64,000 nucleotides of DNA from Mustelus asterias (GCF_964213995.1 NW_027590187.1:744001-808000), one strand, 5' to 3'. Positions 12,420 through 25,496 are shown, counted from the stretch's first letter. Translations and numbers: made by a program. The notes: a model not told the origin generated them from the sequence alone.

Positions 12420-13340
12420 TGTGCGGTTTGTCTCATGTGGGGAGTCTTGGATGCTGCCAGTGTCTTGAATGACCACATGTGCAGGAAGTGTTCCCAGCTG
12501 CAGAAACTGGAGCTCCAGGTTTCGGACCTTGAGGAGCAGCTGGAGAGACTGTGATGCATTTGAGAGGCTGAGAGTTATGTGGACAGCACATTTAGAGAGA
12601 TGGTCACAGCACAGCTCAAGGGACTAGAGGAAAGAAGGAAATGGGTGACCACTGAGCAGTCCAAGAAGAACAGGCATGTAGAATCATAGAATAGAATCAT
12701 AGAATCCCTACAGTGCAGAAGGGGGCCATTCAGCCCACCGAGCCTGCACCAACAACAATCCTGCCCAGCCCCTATCCCCATAACCCCAGGTATTTACCCT
12801 GCCAATCTCTCTAACCTACACATCTTGGGGCACTAAAGGGCAATTTAGCATGGTCAATCCACCTAACCTGCACATTTTTGGACTGTGGGGGGAAACCAGA
12901 GCACCCGGAGGAAACCCATGCATAAACGGGGAGAATGTGCAAACTCCACACAAACAGTCACCCAAGGCGGGAATTGAACCCGGGTCCCTCGTGCTGTGAG
13001 GCAGCAATGCAAACCACTTTGTCACCGTGCCACCCAAACAGGTACTGCAGGAGTCCCGTGGGGTCCTCGTCACTAACACATCTTCCATTTTGGATGCAGA
13101 TGAGGGTGCGGTAGGCACCCCAGAGGAGTGCAGTCAGAGCCAAGATTCTGGCAAAACAAGCATCTTGCTTGTACAGGTGGGGAGGAAGAAGACAGGAAGA
13201 GCAATAGTGATAGGGGATTCATCAGTCAGTAGAGCAGACAGGCATTTCTGTGGCCAAGGATTTGACTTCAGGATGGTGTGTTATCTCCCTGGCCAGTGTC
13301 AGGGATGTCACTGAATCGCTGCAGGACATCCTGAAAGAGG
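12420..13340 (+). mobile_element. CR1 ORF1 remnant (Cys-rich start, SGNH-esterase start), interrupted by a SINE
   Basis: ORF 13027 ends GRAIVIGDSSVSRADRHFCG...RMVCYLPG, homologous to ORF1 at 30028-30717. Confidence 0.7.
12679..13035 (-). mobile_element. HE1-type SINE
   Basis: Reverse complement shows the tRNA head, V-domain and (TTCTATGA)n tail. Confidence 0.88.
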
Positions 13341-13594
13341 AGGGTGATAGGATAGAGGTTGTGATACATATAAAAGTAGCAGAAAGGAAGAAGGGTAGAA
13401 AGGAGGGAGAGTGATGGATAATACAGGAGAAGGAAGTAATACCATGTTGGATAGAAGGAGACTAACAAGTACTGTGAAGAATGTCAAGACAGGTTTCCAA
13501 TGTATGTAAACACACAGAGTGTGATAAATAAGGTTGATGAGCTTGAAGGACAAAGAGAAATGTGGGAATCTGGTGCAGAGGCAATGACAATAAG

Positions 13595-14845
13595 AGGGGG
13601 GTCATGCCTTACAAATTTGATGGAGTTTTTTGAGGAAGTGACAAAAACGATTGACGAAGGATGTCGAAGGATTGCCGTGGATATCGTCTATATGGATTTC
13701 AGTAAGGCATTTGACAAAGTCCCTCATGGCAGGTTGGTTAAGGAGGTTAAGGCTCATGGGATACAAGGAGAGGTGGCTAGATGGATAGAAAACTGGCTTG
13801 GCCACAGGAGATAGAGGGTAGCAGTCGAAGGGTCTTTTTCCGGCTGGATGTCTGTGACCAGTGGTGTTCCGCAGGGCTCTGTACTGTGACCTCTGCTATT
13901 TGTGATATATATAAATGATTTGGAAGAAAGTGTAACTGGTGTTATCAGCAAGTTTGTGGATGACACGAAGATGGCTGGACTTGCGGATAGCGATGAACAT
14001 TGTCGGACAATACAGCAGGATATAGATAGGCTGGAAAATTTGTTCGGAGAAATGGCAGATGGAATTTAATCCAGATAAATATGAAGTGATGCATTTTGGA
14101 AGAACTAATGTAGGGGGGAGTTATACAATAAATGGCAGAGCCATCAAGAGTATAGACACACACAGAGGGACCGAGGTGTGCAAGTCCGCAAATCCTTGAA
14201 GGTGGCAGCACAGGTGGAGAAGGTGGTGAAGAAGGCATATGGTATGCTTGCCTTTATAGGACGGGGTATAGAGTATAAAAGCTGGAGTCTGATGTACAGA
14301 ACGCTGGTTAGGCCACATTTGGAGTACTGCGTCCAGGTCTGGTCGCCGCACTATCAGAAGGGCGTGGAGGCTTCAGAGAGAGTGCAGAGAAGGTTTCCCA
14401 GGATGTTGCCTGGTATGGAGGGTCTCAGCTATGAGGAGAGATTGGGTAGACTGGGCTTGTTCTCCCTGGAAAGACGGAGAATGAGGGGAGACCTAATAGA
14501 GGTGTACAAAATTATGAAGGGTATAGATAGGGTGAACAGTGGGAAGCTTTTTCCCAGGTTGGGGGTGACGATCACGAGGGGTCATGGGCTCAAGGTGAGA
14601 GGGGCGAGGTATAACTCAGATATCAGAGGGACGTTTTTTACACAGAGTGGTGGGGGCCTGGAATGCGCTGCCAAGTAGGGTGGTGGAGGCAGACACGCTG
14701 GCATCGTTTAAGACTTGCCTGGATAGTCACATGAGCAGTCTGGGATTGGAGGGATACAAATGAATGGTCTAGCTGGCCCAATGAGCGGCACAGGCTTGGA
14801 GGGCCGAATGGCCTGTTTCTTGTGCTGTACTGTTCTTTGTTCTTT
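13595..14845 (+). mobile_element. CR1 LINE RT region + 3' UTR, degenerate
   Basis: SCLTNLMEFFEEVT, YMDFSKAFDKVPH and RPHLEYCVQVWSP; tail gggccgaatggcctgtt...(TTCTTTG)n. Confidence 0.9.
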
Positions 14846-16949
14846 GACAGAAATGTGCCTTAAAAAGAGTGAGGACTGGGTGCTGAATATTCAGGAATTG
14901 TGTTCAGAAAGAGATAGATAAGAGAAAAAGAGAGGTGGGATGACAATACTGACTAGGGAAGACATTGTAGTGTTGGAGAGTGGAGATGCCCTTGAGGTGA
15001 CAAGGACACAATCCAGTTGTTTAAAATCTGTAATCAGTGTAAGGGGAACTATTGAGACAAATTGTGAGGGTTAAAATTAATCTCCATTTTCAGAGGCAAG
15101 GATTAATCAAGGATAGTCAGCATTGCTTTGTTAGGGAAAGATCATGTCTAACAAATTAGATTGAATGTTTTGGGGAGGTGTCGATCCTTGTAGATCAGGG
15201 CAGTGAGTTGATGTCATCCACATGGACTTCAGTAAGGCATTTGACAATGGGAGACTGGTCAAGAAGATATCAGCACATGGGATCCAGTATGATTTGGAAA
15301 ATTGCATCAACAACTTTCGTAGTGACATAAAGCAGAGGGTGATGGTCACAGGTTGCATGTTCCTTTGTGTTCCAGCTTGTGTAGATTCAGTGGTTTGTGG
15401 GTTATTTGGATAGTGTGGGAGGGGGTTGTGTGGGCAAATGTAAGATGCTGAGTCAGTGCAGACGAGATGGGATAAATATCCTCCTTCTCTACTATAGGGA
15501 TGCAAAGAACAAAGAACAACACAGAACAGAAACTGACCCTTTAGCCCACCAAGTTTGTACAGACTCAGACGCCTCTCTGATCTTTGGAACAAGTTTGGTG
15601 AACCTTTGTTACTCTTTCTATAACAAAATTATTATCCTTCCTCAGGTAAGGGGACCAAAACTGCACACAGTTCTCCAGGTGCAGTCTAACTAAGCTGCCA
15701 GACAATTAAAGTAAGACTTCACTTCTGCTGCGCTCAGAACCTTTTACAATAATGTCCAACATATCATTTGCCTTCATAATTGCCAACTGGACCTGCATGT
15801 TAACATCTAGAGTCCTTTTGTACATCTACATTTTCCTATCTTTTGTCTTGACAGGTATATATCACAGGAATAAAACAAATTCATTCACTCACAGATATAA
15901 AACACGGTGTCACCTTGATCACACATTAAGTAACAATTCTTCCCTCAGACAGACAAAAGATAATTGTACAATACTGAATAAATTACAATTAATTTCCTGA
16001 TACTATATACAGGGATAAATATGTAAATGAATCCAAAAATGCTCAATCTGAGTAAGACAGAAAGAGGTAACAGCAATTCCTTTGCTACAAACTGCAGGAA
16101 TTACTTACCAGGTTACGTATCCAACTGTTGCCATTCACAGAATTACAAATTGAATACTCACACACAGCTGCTGAATATAAACAGGGACAGTCAAATGTAC
16201 TGGAAATCTACATGAAAAAATAAATTGAAAGATGAACAAATATCAATACATTATGTATTTAGCATGTAGTGTTTATCACAATGTCTGAGATACATGTAAA
16301 GTTAAAGTACAGAAGTATCCCACACTTCAACGCAAGAGATAAATGGATAAAGATTGATTCCTACACCCACATGGATAACCAGAGAATCACAGATGTAAAA
16401 TTAATCCTACTTTCTCAAACTCTCTCGAGACAGATGGAAGAACAAGGAATTCCAAAACATACTAGAGAATGACAACTACAGAATGATACCTACATTTGTT
16501 TTGAGAAACAGTGAAGCAAAATGATGTCCACTCTCACACAGTATCACAAGTAGCATCCATGGAATGAACCCTGCATTCACACACAGCACCACAGACAGAC
16601 AGAAAAGCACACTCAGATGTACCAGAGACCGATGCATACAGTATGATTCAGACACTTATACAGTTACTCAATGACACATGCCTGCTGAACCGAAATCAAA
16701 CTCACATTCACTTCAAGACACAGGTGTGAGCAGAATTTACCCCATATTAACATACACAGTGGAGACTGATATAGTGCATGAGTCTCAAAATTATGTTCAG
16801 CCAATCTCACACATGCAAGCTGGCAATCAACAGACAAATACACATTTTGTTTCACATACTGTACCCAATACTTACAGGCACATAATTGATCGCATTCTGT
16901 ACATGAAATAGAGAGATGCCATTTCAGTCCCAAACTCAGCCTCACTGAT

Positions 16950-17180
16950 TTAGAATAGAATCCCTCCAGTGCAGAAGGATGTCATTTGACCCATCAAGTC
17001 TACACTGACTCAGCATTTTACCCAGGCCCTATCCCCATAACCCCACAAATTTACCATGGCTACATCCTCTAACGACACATCTTGGGATACCAAGGGGCAA
17101 TTAACATGGCCAAGCCGAATAACCTGCACAACTTTGAATTGTGGGAGGAAACCAGTGCACTTGGAGAAAACCCATGCAGA
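16950..17180 (-). mobile_element. HE1-type SINE 3' part; its head continues at ~18785-18890 beyond the CR1 insertion
   Basis: Reverse complement matches the HE1 tail; the V-domain and head resume after the CR1 at 18785. Confidence 0.7.
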
Positions 17181-18782
17181 TTAGAACATAGAACAGTACA
17201 GCACAGAACAGGCCCTTCGGCCCACGATGTTGTGCCGAGCTTTATCTGAAACCAAGATCAAGCTATCCCGCTCCCTATCATCCTGGTGTGCTCCATGTGC
17301 CTATCCAATAACCGCTTAAGTGTTCCTAAAGTGTCTGACTCCACTATCACTGCAGGCAGTCCATTCCACACCCCAACCACTCTCTGCGTAAAGAACCTAC
17401 CTCTGATATCCTTCCTGTATCTCCCACCACGAACCCTATAGTTATGCCCCGTTGTAATAGCTCCATCCACCCGAGGAAATAGTCTTTGAACGTTCACTCT
17501 ATCTATCCCCTTCATCATTTTATAAACCTCTATTAAGTCTCCCCTCAGCCTCCTCCGCTCCAGAGAGAACAGCCCTAGCTCCCTCAACCTTTCCTCATAA
17601 GACCTACCCTCCAAACCAGGCAGCATCCTGGTAAATCTCCTCTGCACTCTTTCCAACGCTTCCACATCCTTCCTATAGTGAGGTGACCAGAACTGCACAC
17701 AATATTCCAAATGTGGTCTCACCAAGGTCCTGTACAGTTGCAGCATAACCCCACGGCTCTTAAACTCCAACCCCCTGTTAATAAAAGCTAACACACTATA
17801 GGCCTTCTTCACAGCTCTATCCACTTGAGTGGCAACCTTTAGAGATCTGTGGATATGGACCCCAAGATCTCTCTGCTCCTCCACAGTCTTCAGAACCCTA
17901 CCTTTGACCCTGTAATCCACATTTAAATTAGTCCTACCAAAATGAATCACCTCACATTTATCAGGGTTAAATTCCCTTTGCCATTTTTCAGCCCAGCTTT
18001 GCATCCTATCTATGTCTCTTTGCAGCCTACAACAACCCCCCACCTCATCCACTACTCCACCAATCTTGGTGTCATCAGCAAATTCACTGATCCACCCTTC
18101 AGCCCCCTCCTCTAAGTCATTAATAAAAATGACAAAGAGCAGAGGAGCAAGCACTGATCCCTGCGGCACTCCGCTAGCAACCTGCCTCCAATCCAAAAAT
18201 TTTCCATCCACCACCACCCTCTGTCTTCGATCAGACAGCCAGTTACCTATCCAATCGGCCAACTTTCCCTCTATCCCACACCTCCTCACTTTCATCATAA
18301 GCCGACCATGGGGGACCTTATCAAACGCCTTACTAAAATCCATGTATATGACGTCAACTGCCCTACCTTCATCAACACGCTTAGTTACCTCCTCACAAAA
18401 TTCTATCAAATTTGTGAGGCACGACTTGCCATTCACGAATCCGTGCTGACTATCCCGGATTAATCCGCATCTTTCTAAATGGTCGTAAATCCCATCCCTA
18501 AGGACCTTTTCCATCAATTTACCAACCACCGAAGTAAGACTAACCGGTCTATAATTACCAGGGTCATTTCTATTCCCTTTCTTAAACAGAGGAACAACAT
18601 TCGCCATTCTCCAGTCCTCTGGCCCCATCCCCGTGGACAGCGAGGACCCAAAGATCAAAGCCAAAGGCTCTGCAATCTCATCCCTTGCCTCCCAAAGAAT
18701 CCTAGGATACATTTAATCAGGCCCAGGGGACTTATCGACCTTCAGTTTATTCAAAACTGCCAGGACATCCTCCCTCCGAACA
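17181..18782 (-). mobile_element. Young 5'-truncated CR1 LINE with an uninterrupted 484-aa RT ORF
   Basis: ORF 17258..18712: PGNYRPVSLTSVVGK, QHGF..GKSCLTNL, YMDFSKAFDKVPH, GVPQGSVL, FADDTKIG. Near-identical to 26890-28650. Confidence 0.95.
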
Positions 18783-19244
18783 TCTCAGGGGAGAATATGC
18801 AAACTCCACAAAGACAGGCGTCCGAGGCCAGAAACGAACCTGGGTCCATGGCATTGTGAGGCAGCTGTCTAACCATTGTGTCACCTGTTCTTGCAGTGTA
18901 CTTCACAAATGGTGCACACTGTGTGTGAATGGTTGAGGGAGTAAATGCTGAAGCTGATGAATGGTTTGCAAGTGAAACCACAAACTAGATTTGTTTCTGA
19001 GATTCTTTGGTGTTGTTGGAGGTGCACTGACCAGTGAGTGGAGAGTATTCCATCCCTTACCTAAATGTGGAATTCAATTGTGGAATGCCTTTTGGAAAAT
19101 AGGAGGTCAGTCACTAGCTATGGACATGCTCTGTTCTATTTTTAAAGCCACAGTCATATTGTGACAGGGTACAAGAAATACCTTGTACCCATTTATCGTT
19201 AATGACAGTCACAGAATGATGACCATGCTAAAGCATAATTAGAA

Positions 19245-19735
19245 GATAAGAAATTGGAGCAAGAGTCGGCCATTCAGCTCTTCGAGTCCACATTGCCATA
19301 CAGTGAGATCATGACTGATTTTCCACTTCAACACCATTTTCCTGAACTATCCCCGTAACCCTTGGTGTTTTTGACATGTAGAAATCTATCAATCTCACTC
19401 TTGAACATATTTAATGATTAAATCTCCTCATATCTCTGCGCATTGCATTCTATCTGCAAAATTGTTGCCCATTCGCTCAGCCTCTTCAAATACACACAAA
19501 GAGTCTTTGCCTCCTTTTCACAACTCACATATCCACCTTGTTTGTGACAGCTACCAATTTGGAAATATTACCTTTAATCCCAAATCATTGATACATAGAT
19601 TGGAAATAGCAGTGGCCCAAACACTGATCCTTGTGGTAGCCCACTTGTCATAGCCTGCTAACTTGAAAATGACCCATTTGTTCCTACTCTCAGTTCTCTG
19701 TCCATCAGCTCGTTCTCAGTCTATTCCAGGATATT
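19245..19735 (-). mobile_element. Old CR1 fragment
   Basis: CR1 3' tail (ggagcaagagtcggccattcagc) and degenerate RT sequence. Confidence 0.55.
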
Positions 19736-19740
19736 CTCTC

Positions 19741-19862
19741 CCCCAGCCCCCTCCTCCCCAGCCCCCTCCAACCCCCCCCAGCCCCCTCCACCCCCCCAGC
19801 CCCCTCCTCCCCCAAGCCCCCAGCCACCCCCCTCCCCAACCACCCCCCCCCCCCCCCCCCTC
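19741..19862. repeat. C-rich low-complexity tract (G-runs on the minus strand)
   Basis: (CCCCAG/CCCCT)n followed by a long poly-C run. Confidence 0.9.
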
Positions 19863-20279
19863 CATTCCACGTGCTCTCATTTTCTTTATTTGCCTCTGGT
19901 GTGGAACCGTATCAAGGCTTGTAGCCAGTAATATCCAATTCTAATTCCACTTCTTCTTGCAGTCAGCTTTTTGTTTTAGCAACAATGTCAATGTGGCTGT
20001 TGCTCATCAAACTTATTCCCCTTCCACACGCCCAGATATTGTACACTGCCAGCTCCCGGTGATGGACGGAAGTAAAGCAGAGGAAGGGGAAATGTATGAA
20101 CAGTATCAGCAGTCTGATAGAGTGATGTGGGATTAGCAGCAGAGAGAATGCGCTGGTGCGGCAGAGGGAGTGAGAGAGTCAGGGGGTTGGGTGGATCGGG
20201 GCGGACAAGGGGAAAGGACGGATTGACAACAGACTGGTTACTGCCCAAATCCACAAACTATGTGTTTGTGTCTCTGAAC

Positions 20280-20395
20280 TAACCAATCAGAGAGAGAGCG
20301 TTACGAATTGACATCACTGTGAATGAGCCAATGGGGAACGGGGCTTTCAGCCATCCTTCATTAGCATAGGCCTCTGCTTTGGTCTATAAAAGAGG
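20280..20395 (+). promoter_or_regulatory. H2B promoter: CCAAT x2, ATF/CRE-like TGACATCA, variant octamer ATTAGCAT, TATAAAA
   Basis: CCAAT at ~20283 and ~20328, ATTAGCAT at 20360-20367, TATAAAA at 20385. Confidence 0.75.
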
Positions 20396-20443
20396 AGTTC
20401 CGAGCGCGACTCAGTGATTCTGTGTCTGAAATTAACTGTGAGG

Positions 20444-20818
20444 ATGGTTGATGAGAAGAAAGCAGCTCCGAAGAAGGGGGCGAAGAAAGTGATTAAGAAA
20501 CCGGTAGTAAAGGGCGGCAAGAAGCGGCGAAAGTCGAGGAAGGAGAGTTACTCCATCTACATCTACAAAGTGATGAAGCAGGTTCACCCCGACACCGGCA
20601 TCTCCTCCAAGGCCATGAGCATCATGAACTCGTTCGTGAACGATATTTTCGAGCGCATCGCGGGTGAGGCTTCCCGCCTGGCCCATTACAACAAGCGCAG
20701 CACCATCAGCTCCCGGGAGATCCAGACCGCCGTGCGCCTGCTGCTGCCCGGGGAACTGGCCAAGCACGCCGTGTCGGAAGGGACAAAGGCGGTGACCAAG
20801 TACACCAGCTCCAAGTAA
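20444..20818 (+). CDS. H2B: Replication-dependent histone H2B (124 aa)
   Basis: [15 protein letters not shown]... followed by a canonical H2B fold identical to copy 1; ATG at 20444. Confidence 0.98.
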   Translation: MVDEKKAAPKKGAKKVIKKPVVKGGKKRRKSRKESYSIYIYKVMKQVHPDTGISSKAMSIMNSFVNDIFERIAGEASRLAHYNKRSTISSREIQTAVRLLLPGELAKHAVSEGTKAVTKYTSSK

Positions 20819-20854
20819 AACCCCCCATGGACTGAATAACATCCCAAACACAAC

Positions 20855-20870
20855 GGCTCTTTTAAGAGCC
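20855..20870 (+). promoter_or_regulatory. Histone 3' stem-loop (H2B copy 2) + HDE
   Basis: GGCTCTTTTAAGAGCC, then GAAAAGCTG at 20886. Confidence 0.95.
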
Positions 20871-21911
20871 ACTCACAATCTCCCTGAAAAAGCTGTATCA
20901 TCCATTTAGTTTCAATTAATCTTTCACTCTGAAGCGTCTCGAACAATCTAATTGTTGTTTTTACTGTTGATCAATGATAGGTACTGAGTAATGCAAGTTG
21001 ATCGCCCAGCGTCTGATTAATAATGTTTCATTAATTAATTAATTGGTTTCCGACCGCCTCTGCACTTAGATCTCAGAGGCCCGTTTCCCCGACTTTAGAG
21101 AGGGAGAGAGAGAGCTAATGGAGCAAATGTGTCAGCTTCCAATTCTGTTCCAGTTTGGTCTTGATAATCGATCAGTTTATTCCCTATCAGCCCCGGTTGT
21201 GCAGGAACCTCAGTCTCGGCACTGGTCAATTTACACCGAAAATGTTCACTCCCCTCTTGATTCTCACGAATATGGAGAACATCCCGTCCGTTTACAGAAC
21301 GATGTCAATGAGACTTTCTGGCGGCGAGTTCGAGTTTTAAAAAGGGCCGAGATTAACCCCGAATGGATCCAGGATTCTAAAAGCAAATCTGCAACTTGGG
21401 ATAAAATGTGAAATGGTGCAAACACAGACTGATGTTTTAAACACTTTGTTGTTCGACAGTTAATTATTGAGAGATTTTATTTGAAATGTATTTCTTGTTT
21501 TATAAATACATCTGCGAACTTTTCAAAAATGAATCGTGAAAATTTTGTTATTTTCGACTTATTTTCCGAAAAACCCAGGCTGAAAATCAGAAACTGCCAG
21601 ATACAGGTTAACTATAGACTGGGGAAGGAGAGAAAGGGAGATTCTTACATTACTCAAAATTAATTCACCATTACCGATTCGTATAATTTTCGAAACTCGT
21701 GTTCTTTCCGCTTTGGCGGCTTTTAGAGTTTGAAATGAAATCGGTTGGAATCTGAGATTTTGGCGCCGTTATTTTCCGCCCTCACTCCGTGGGCTCTCCG
21801 GATTGGTGAGTTAAGCAGATTTCTGATTGGTCATATGAACAAGATGCTGAGAGGCAGCAACAAAGTGACCAATCAGCAATGTCCGCACCTCCATTCCTCC
21901 CGGAGCTATAA

Positions 21912-22361
<450 letters not shown>

Positions 22362-22392
22362 AGCGACCATTCTTTAATCTGATGAACCCAAA

Positions 22393-22408
22393 GGCTCTTT
22401 TCAGAGCC
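22393..22408 (+). promoter_or_regulatory. Histone 3' stem-loop (H2A copy 1)
   Basis: AAAGGCTCTTTTCAGAGCCAC. Confidence 0.95.
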
Positions 22409-23149
22409 ACTCACTTTTTCTGGAAAAGGGCGATCTATTGTTTGCCCCTCAGATGCTGCGCTGCTATTCACAGTCCAGCTGTTTCCCGCTTTGTTTTATC
22501 AATCCGGAGTTCCCCCTGTGTACGATAGTAAATAGACCCCATCAGTCTCGCAGCAGATAGAGGAATTCATCAGGCGAATACACCATCCACATTACGATAG
22601 TATTGTCACAGGCAGTATTTTAATGCATGCAAGTTGCTGTTTTTTATTAATAGTTGATATCTGGAACTCGGGTTCTGATTTCAGTTAATCAACAATTTCA
22701 TCATTTGCGCCGTTTTTTGTGCAGCAAATAACCATCTGTGCAAACTAAGACTTTATTCCATTCTTACACAGGTTGTTACAGGTACAGAGAGGATTTGAAG
22801 TCTTTCTTCCTCCACTTAGTGCGTTAGACTCGATCTCTGTCCCTTTTCTCTCAAGCCCATTCAGATTTAACACACAAGCTCACAGGATCAGTGAAAGGGC
22901 TGCTTCCTGGCAGCAGGGAGTCAGAGATGGAGTTATTGTCACGGTGGATTGATCTGTTTCTGATGTGTTTACTGATGTTTTCAGTTCCCTCTCTATATTG
23001 AGCTCAAGTGAATAATTGAACGACATGGTGTCAGAATCAAGGTTTTTATAAATCCTTCAGTTTGCTTCATACCGAGTCTATCCCGGTGCATTATCGACAA
23101 CAAGGAAGAATTTCGCAGTTGGAGAATGATATATTTTCCTCTGTCGGAT

Positions 23150-23895
23150 GATCTGGGCGTCGCTCCCGGAACAGAGTAAAGGCGGGAATGAAGAGGTTAT
23201 TCTCGGGCTGATCTGTTTCTTCCGCAGTTTTCCCAGAGGACGGAATCAGCGAGATTTCTGCACACACAGGACCTGAGTCCATTGCAGCGCTTTAAGATCT
23301 GCCTCCCCCCGGCCCTCCCTATTCTCCAGACACAAAGCTGCCTGTTCCACCGGCGGGATCGGGCCGGGGATTCTCTCCGCACTTCCCATTGTAACATTCC
23401 CGGCCGCTTTCAGGGGATAGGATCAGAAATCAGCCGTTTCCCTCTGTCCCTGTGAAGCCTGTGTGAAGGGGTTGGTTGGTGATCTCTATGTTTCTGCTTT
23501 TCCACTGAGCTGAGATTTGCTCCGTTTTAAATTGCGGAACGGGGTCTGATTACCGCGGGTTCTCGATAAGAGATTGAGAAATTCAAACTGTTCCTAAAAT
23601 AGCGCCAGGATTCTGTGGCGGAAAATACAATAAACAGATTATAAAGTGTGAGATTGAAATAGTTTCCTGAACATTCAGGCGTTCGGTTATTTTGTATTTT
23701 TCCTGCACTGAAATTGGCGGGCTTTTCCAATTTGAAAATGTGAACCAATCAAAACCTCCCATTTCTTCTCCCTGGCTCTCCGATTGGTTACGAATCTGAT
23801 TGAAATGTGAGTGACCAATCAGAGCTCGAGTCTGGCTGCAGCCTCACAAACCGCTCACAATGATTATTAATAGAGATTAAACTGACGGAATCTGT
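23150..23895. promoter_or_regulatory. Conserved CCAAT x3 / E2F-like module (copy 2)
   Basis: TGAAATTGGCGG at 23709-23720, TTTGAA at 23731, CCAAT/ATTGG at ~23745, 23783 and 23815; inverted repeat of 5105-5860. Confidence 0.55.
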
Positions 23896-24052
23896 ATCTT
23901 CTCTCTCACCTGTACTTGAATTTTAAAATATACTTTGTTTCCACAGACAAATTATTGAAGGAACGTGAATAAATGTGATGTCTCCTCCACGCAAGTTACA
24001 GGGAAGTGAGTCGCCGGCTCCTTCTCACGTTGTCTCTGACGGAGCTCAGACA

Positions 24053-25284
24053 GTAAGAAGTCTCACAACACCAGGTTAAAGTCCAACAGGTTTATTTGGC
24101 AGCACAAGCTTTTGGAGTCTCAGGCTCCTTCAGGTGAGTGAGAAGCTGTGTTCACAAACAGGGCACATACAGGCACAAACTCAATTTACAAGATAATGGT
24201 AAGAATGCGAGTCTTTACAGGTAATCAAGTCTTAAAATTACAGACAGTGTAAGTGGAGAGAGGGCCAAGCACTGGTTAAAGAGGTGTGTATTGTCTCCAG
24301 CCAGGACAGTTATTGATATTTTGCCCAGGCAAGTTGTGGGGGTTACAGATAGTGTGACATGATCCCAAGGTCCCGGTTGAGGCCGTCCTCATGTGTGCGG
24401 AACTTGGCTATCAGTTTCTGCTCAGTGATTCTGCGTTGTCATGTGTCATGAAGGCCACCTTGGAGAACGCTTACTCGAAGATCAGAGGTTGAATGCCCAT
24501 GACTGCTGAAGTGTACCCCGACAGGAAGGAAGCACTCCTGCCTGGCGATTGTTGAGCGGTGTTCATTCATCCGTTGTCATAGTGCCGGCATAGTCTCTCC
24601 AATGTGCCATGCCTTGGGACATCCTTTCCTGCAGCGTGTCAGGTAGACAACATTGGCCAACTCGCAAGAATATGTACCATGTACGTGGTGGATGGTGTTC
24701 TCATGTGAGATGATGGCATCAGTGTCAATGATCCGGCACATTTACCGAGGTTGCTGTGGCAGGGTTGTGTGGTGTCGTGGTCAATGTTCTCCTGAATGCT
24801 GGGTAATTTGCTGCAGACAATGGTCTGTTTGAGGTTATGCGATTGTTTGAAGGCGAGAAGTGAGGGTGTGGGGATGGCCTTGGCGAGATGTTCGTCTTCA
24901 TACTTGACATGTTGAAGGCTCCGGAGAAGATGTCGTAGCTTCTCCGCTCTGGGGAAGGATTGGACAATGAAGGGTACTCTGTCTATCGTGTCCTGTGTTT
25001 GTCTTCTGTGGCACATCGGAACTGTCGATCAATGAGTCGAGCACCATATCCTGTTGTTATGAGGCATCTTTCAGCGTCTGTAGGTGTCTGTTGCAATACT
25101 CCTCATCTGAGCAGATCCTGTGTATGCAGAGGGCTTGTCCACAGAGGACGGCTTCTTTAACATGTATAGGATGGAAGCTGGAGAAGTGGAGCATCATGAG
25201 GGTATCCATGTGCTTGCGGTACAGTGAAGTGCTGAGGTGACCGTCCTTGATGGAGATGCGTATGTCCAAGAATGCAACCAATTC
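24053..25284 (-). mobile_element. Penelope-like element, 5'-truncated (RT thumb + GIY-YIG + terminal repeat), degenerate
   Basis: ORF 25057: FLDIRISIKDGHLSTSLYRK..D...LHFSSFHP...GQAL.IHRICS. The 3' part matches 56365-56910. Candidate TSD CAGACA at 24047-24052 and 25285-25290. Confidence 0.85.
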
Positions 25285-25413
25285 CAGACACACAGACATC
25301 TTATTAGTTCAACGGTCTCAGAGAGCAGAAATAGTTGCAGACACATTTTCAATCCATCAATCAAACAGAGCAGGAGAGACAGACATTTTTGTCCATGTGA
25401 CTCTAAATATCCT

Positions 25414-25496
25414 ACCAGCATGGCCGAGTGGTTAAGCAGTTGGACTTAAGATCCAATGGACTTATGTCCATGTGCATTTGAACCGCACTCCAATTA
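25414..25496 (+). pseudogene. tRNA-Leu(TAA) pseudogene
   Basis: ACCAGCATGGCCGAGTGGTTAAGCAGTTGGACTTAAGATCCAATGG...; anticodon arm intact, T-arm and acceptor stem mutated. Confidence 0.85.

Noticed and set aside
19663-19944. Proline-rich ORF
   Set aside because: It is a translation of the C-rich low-complexity tract.
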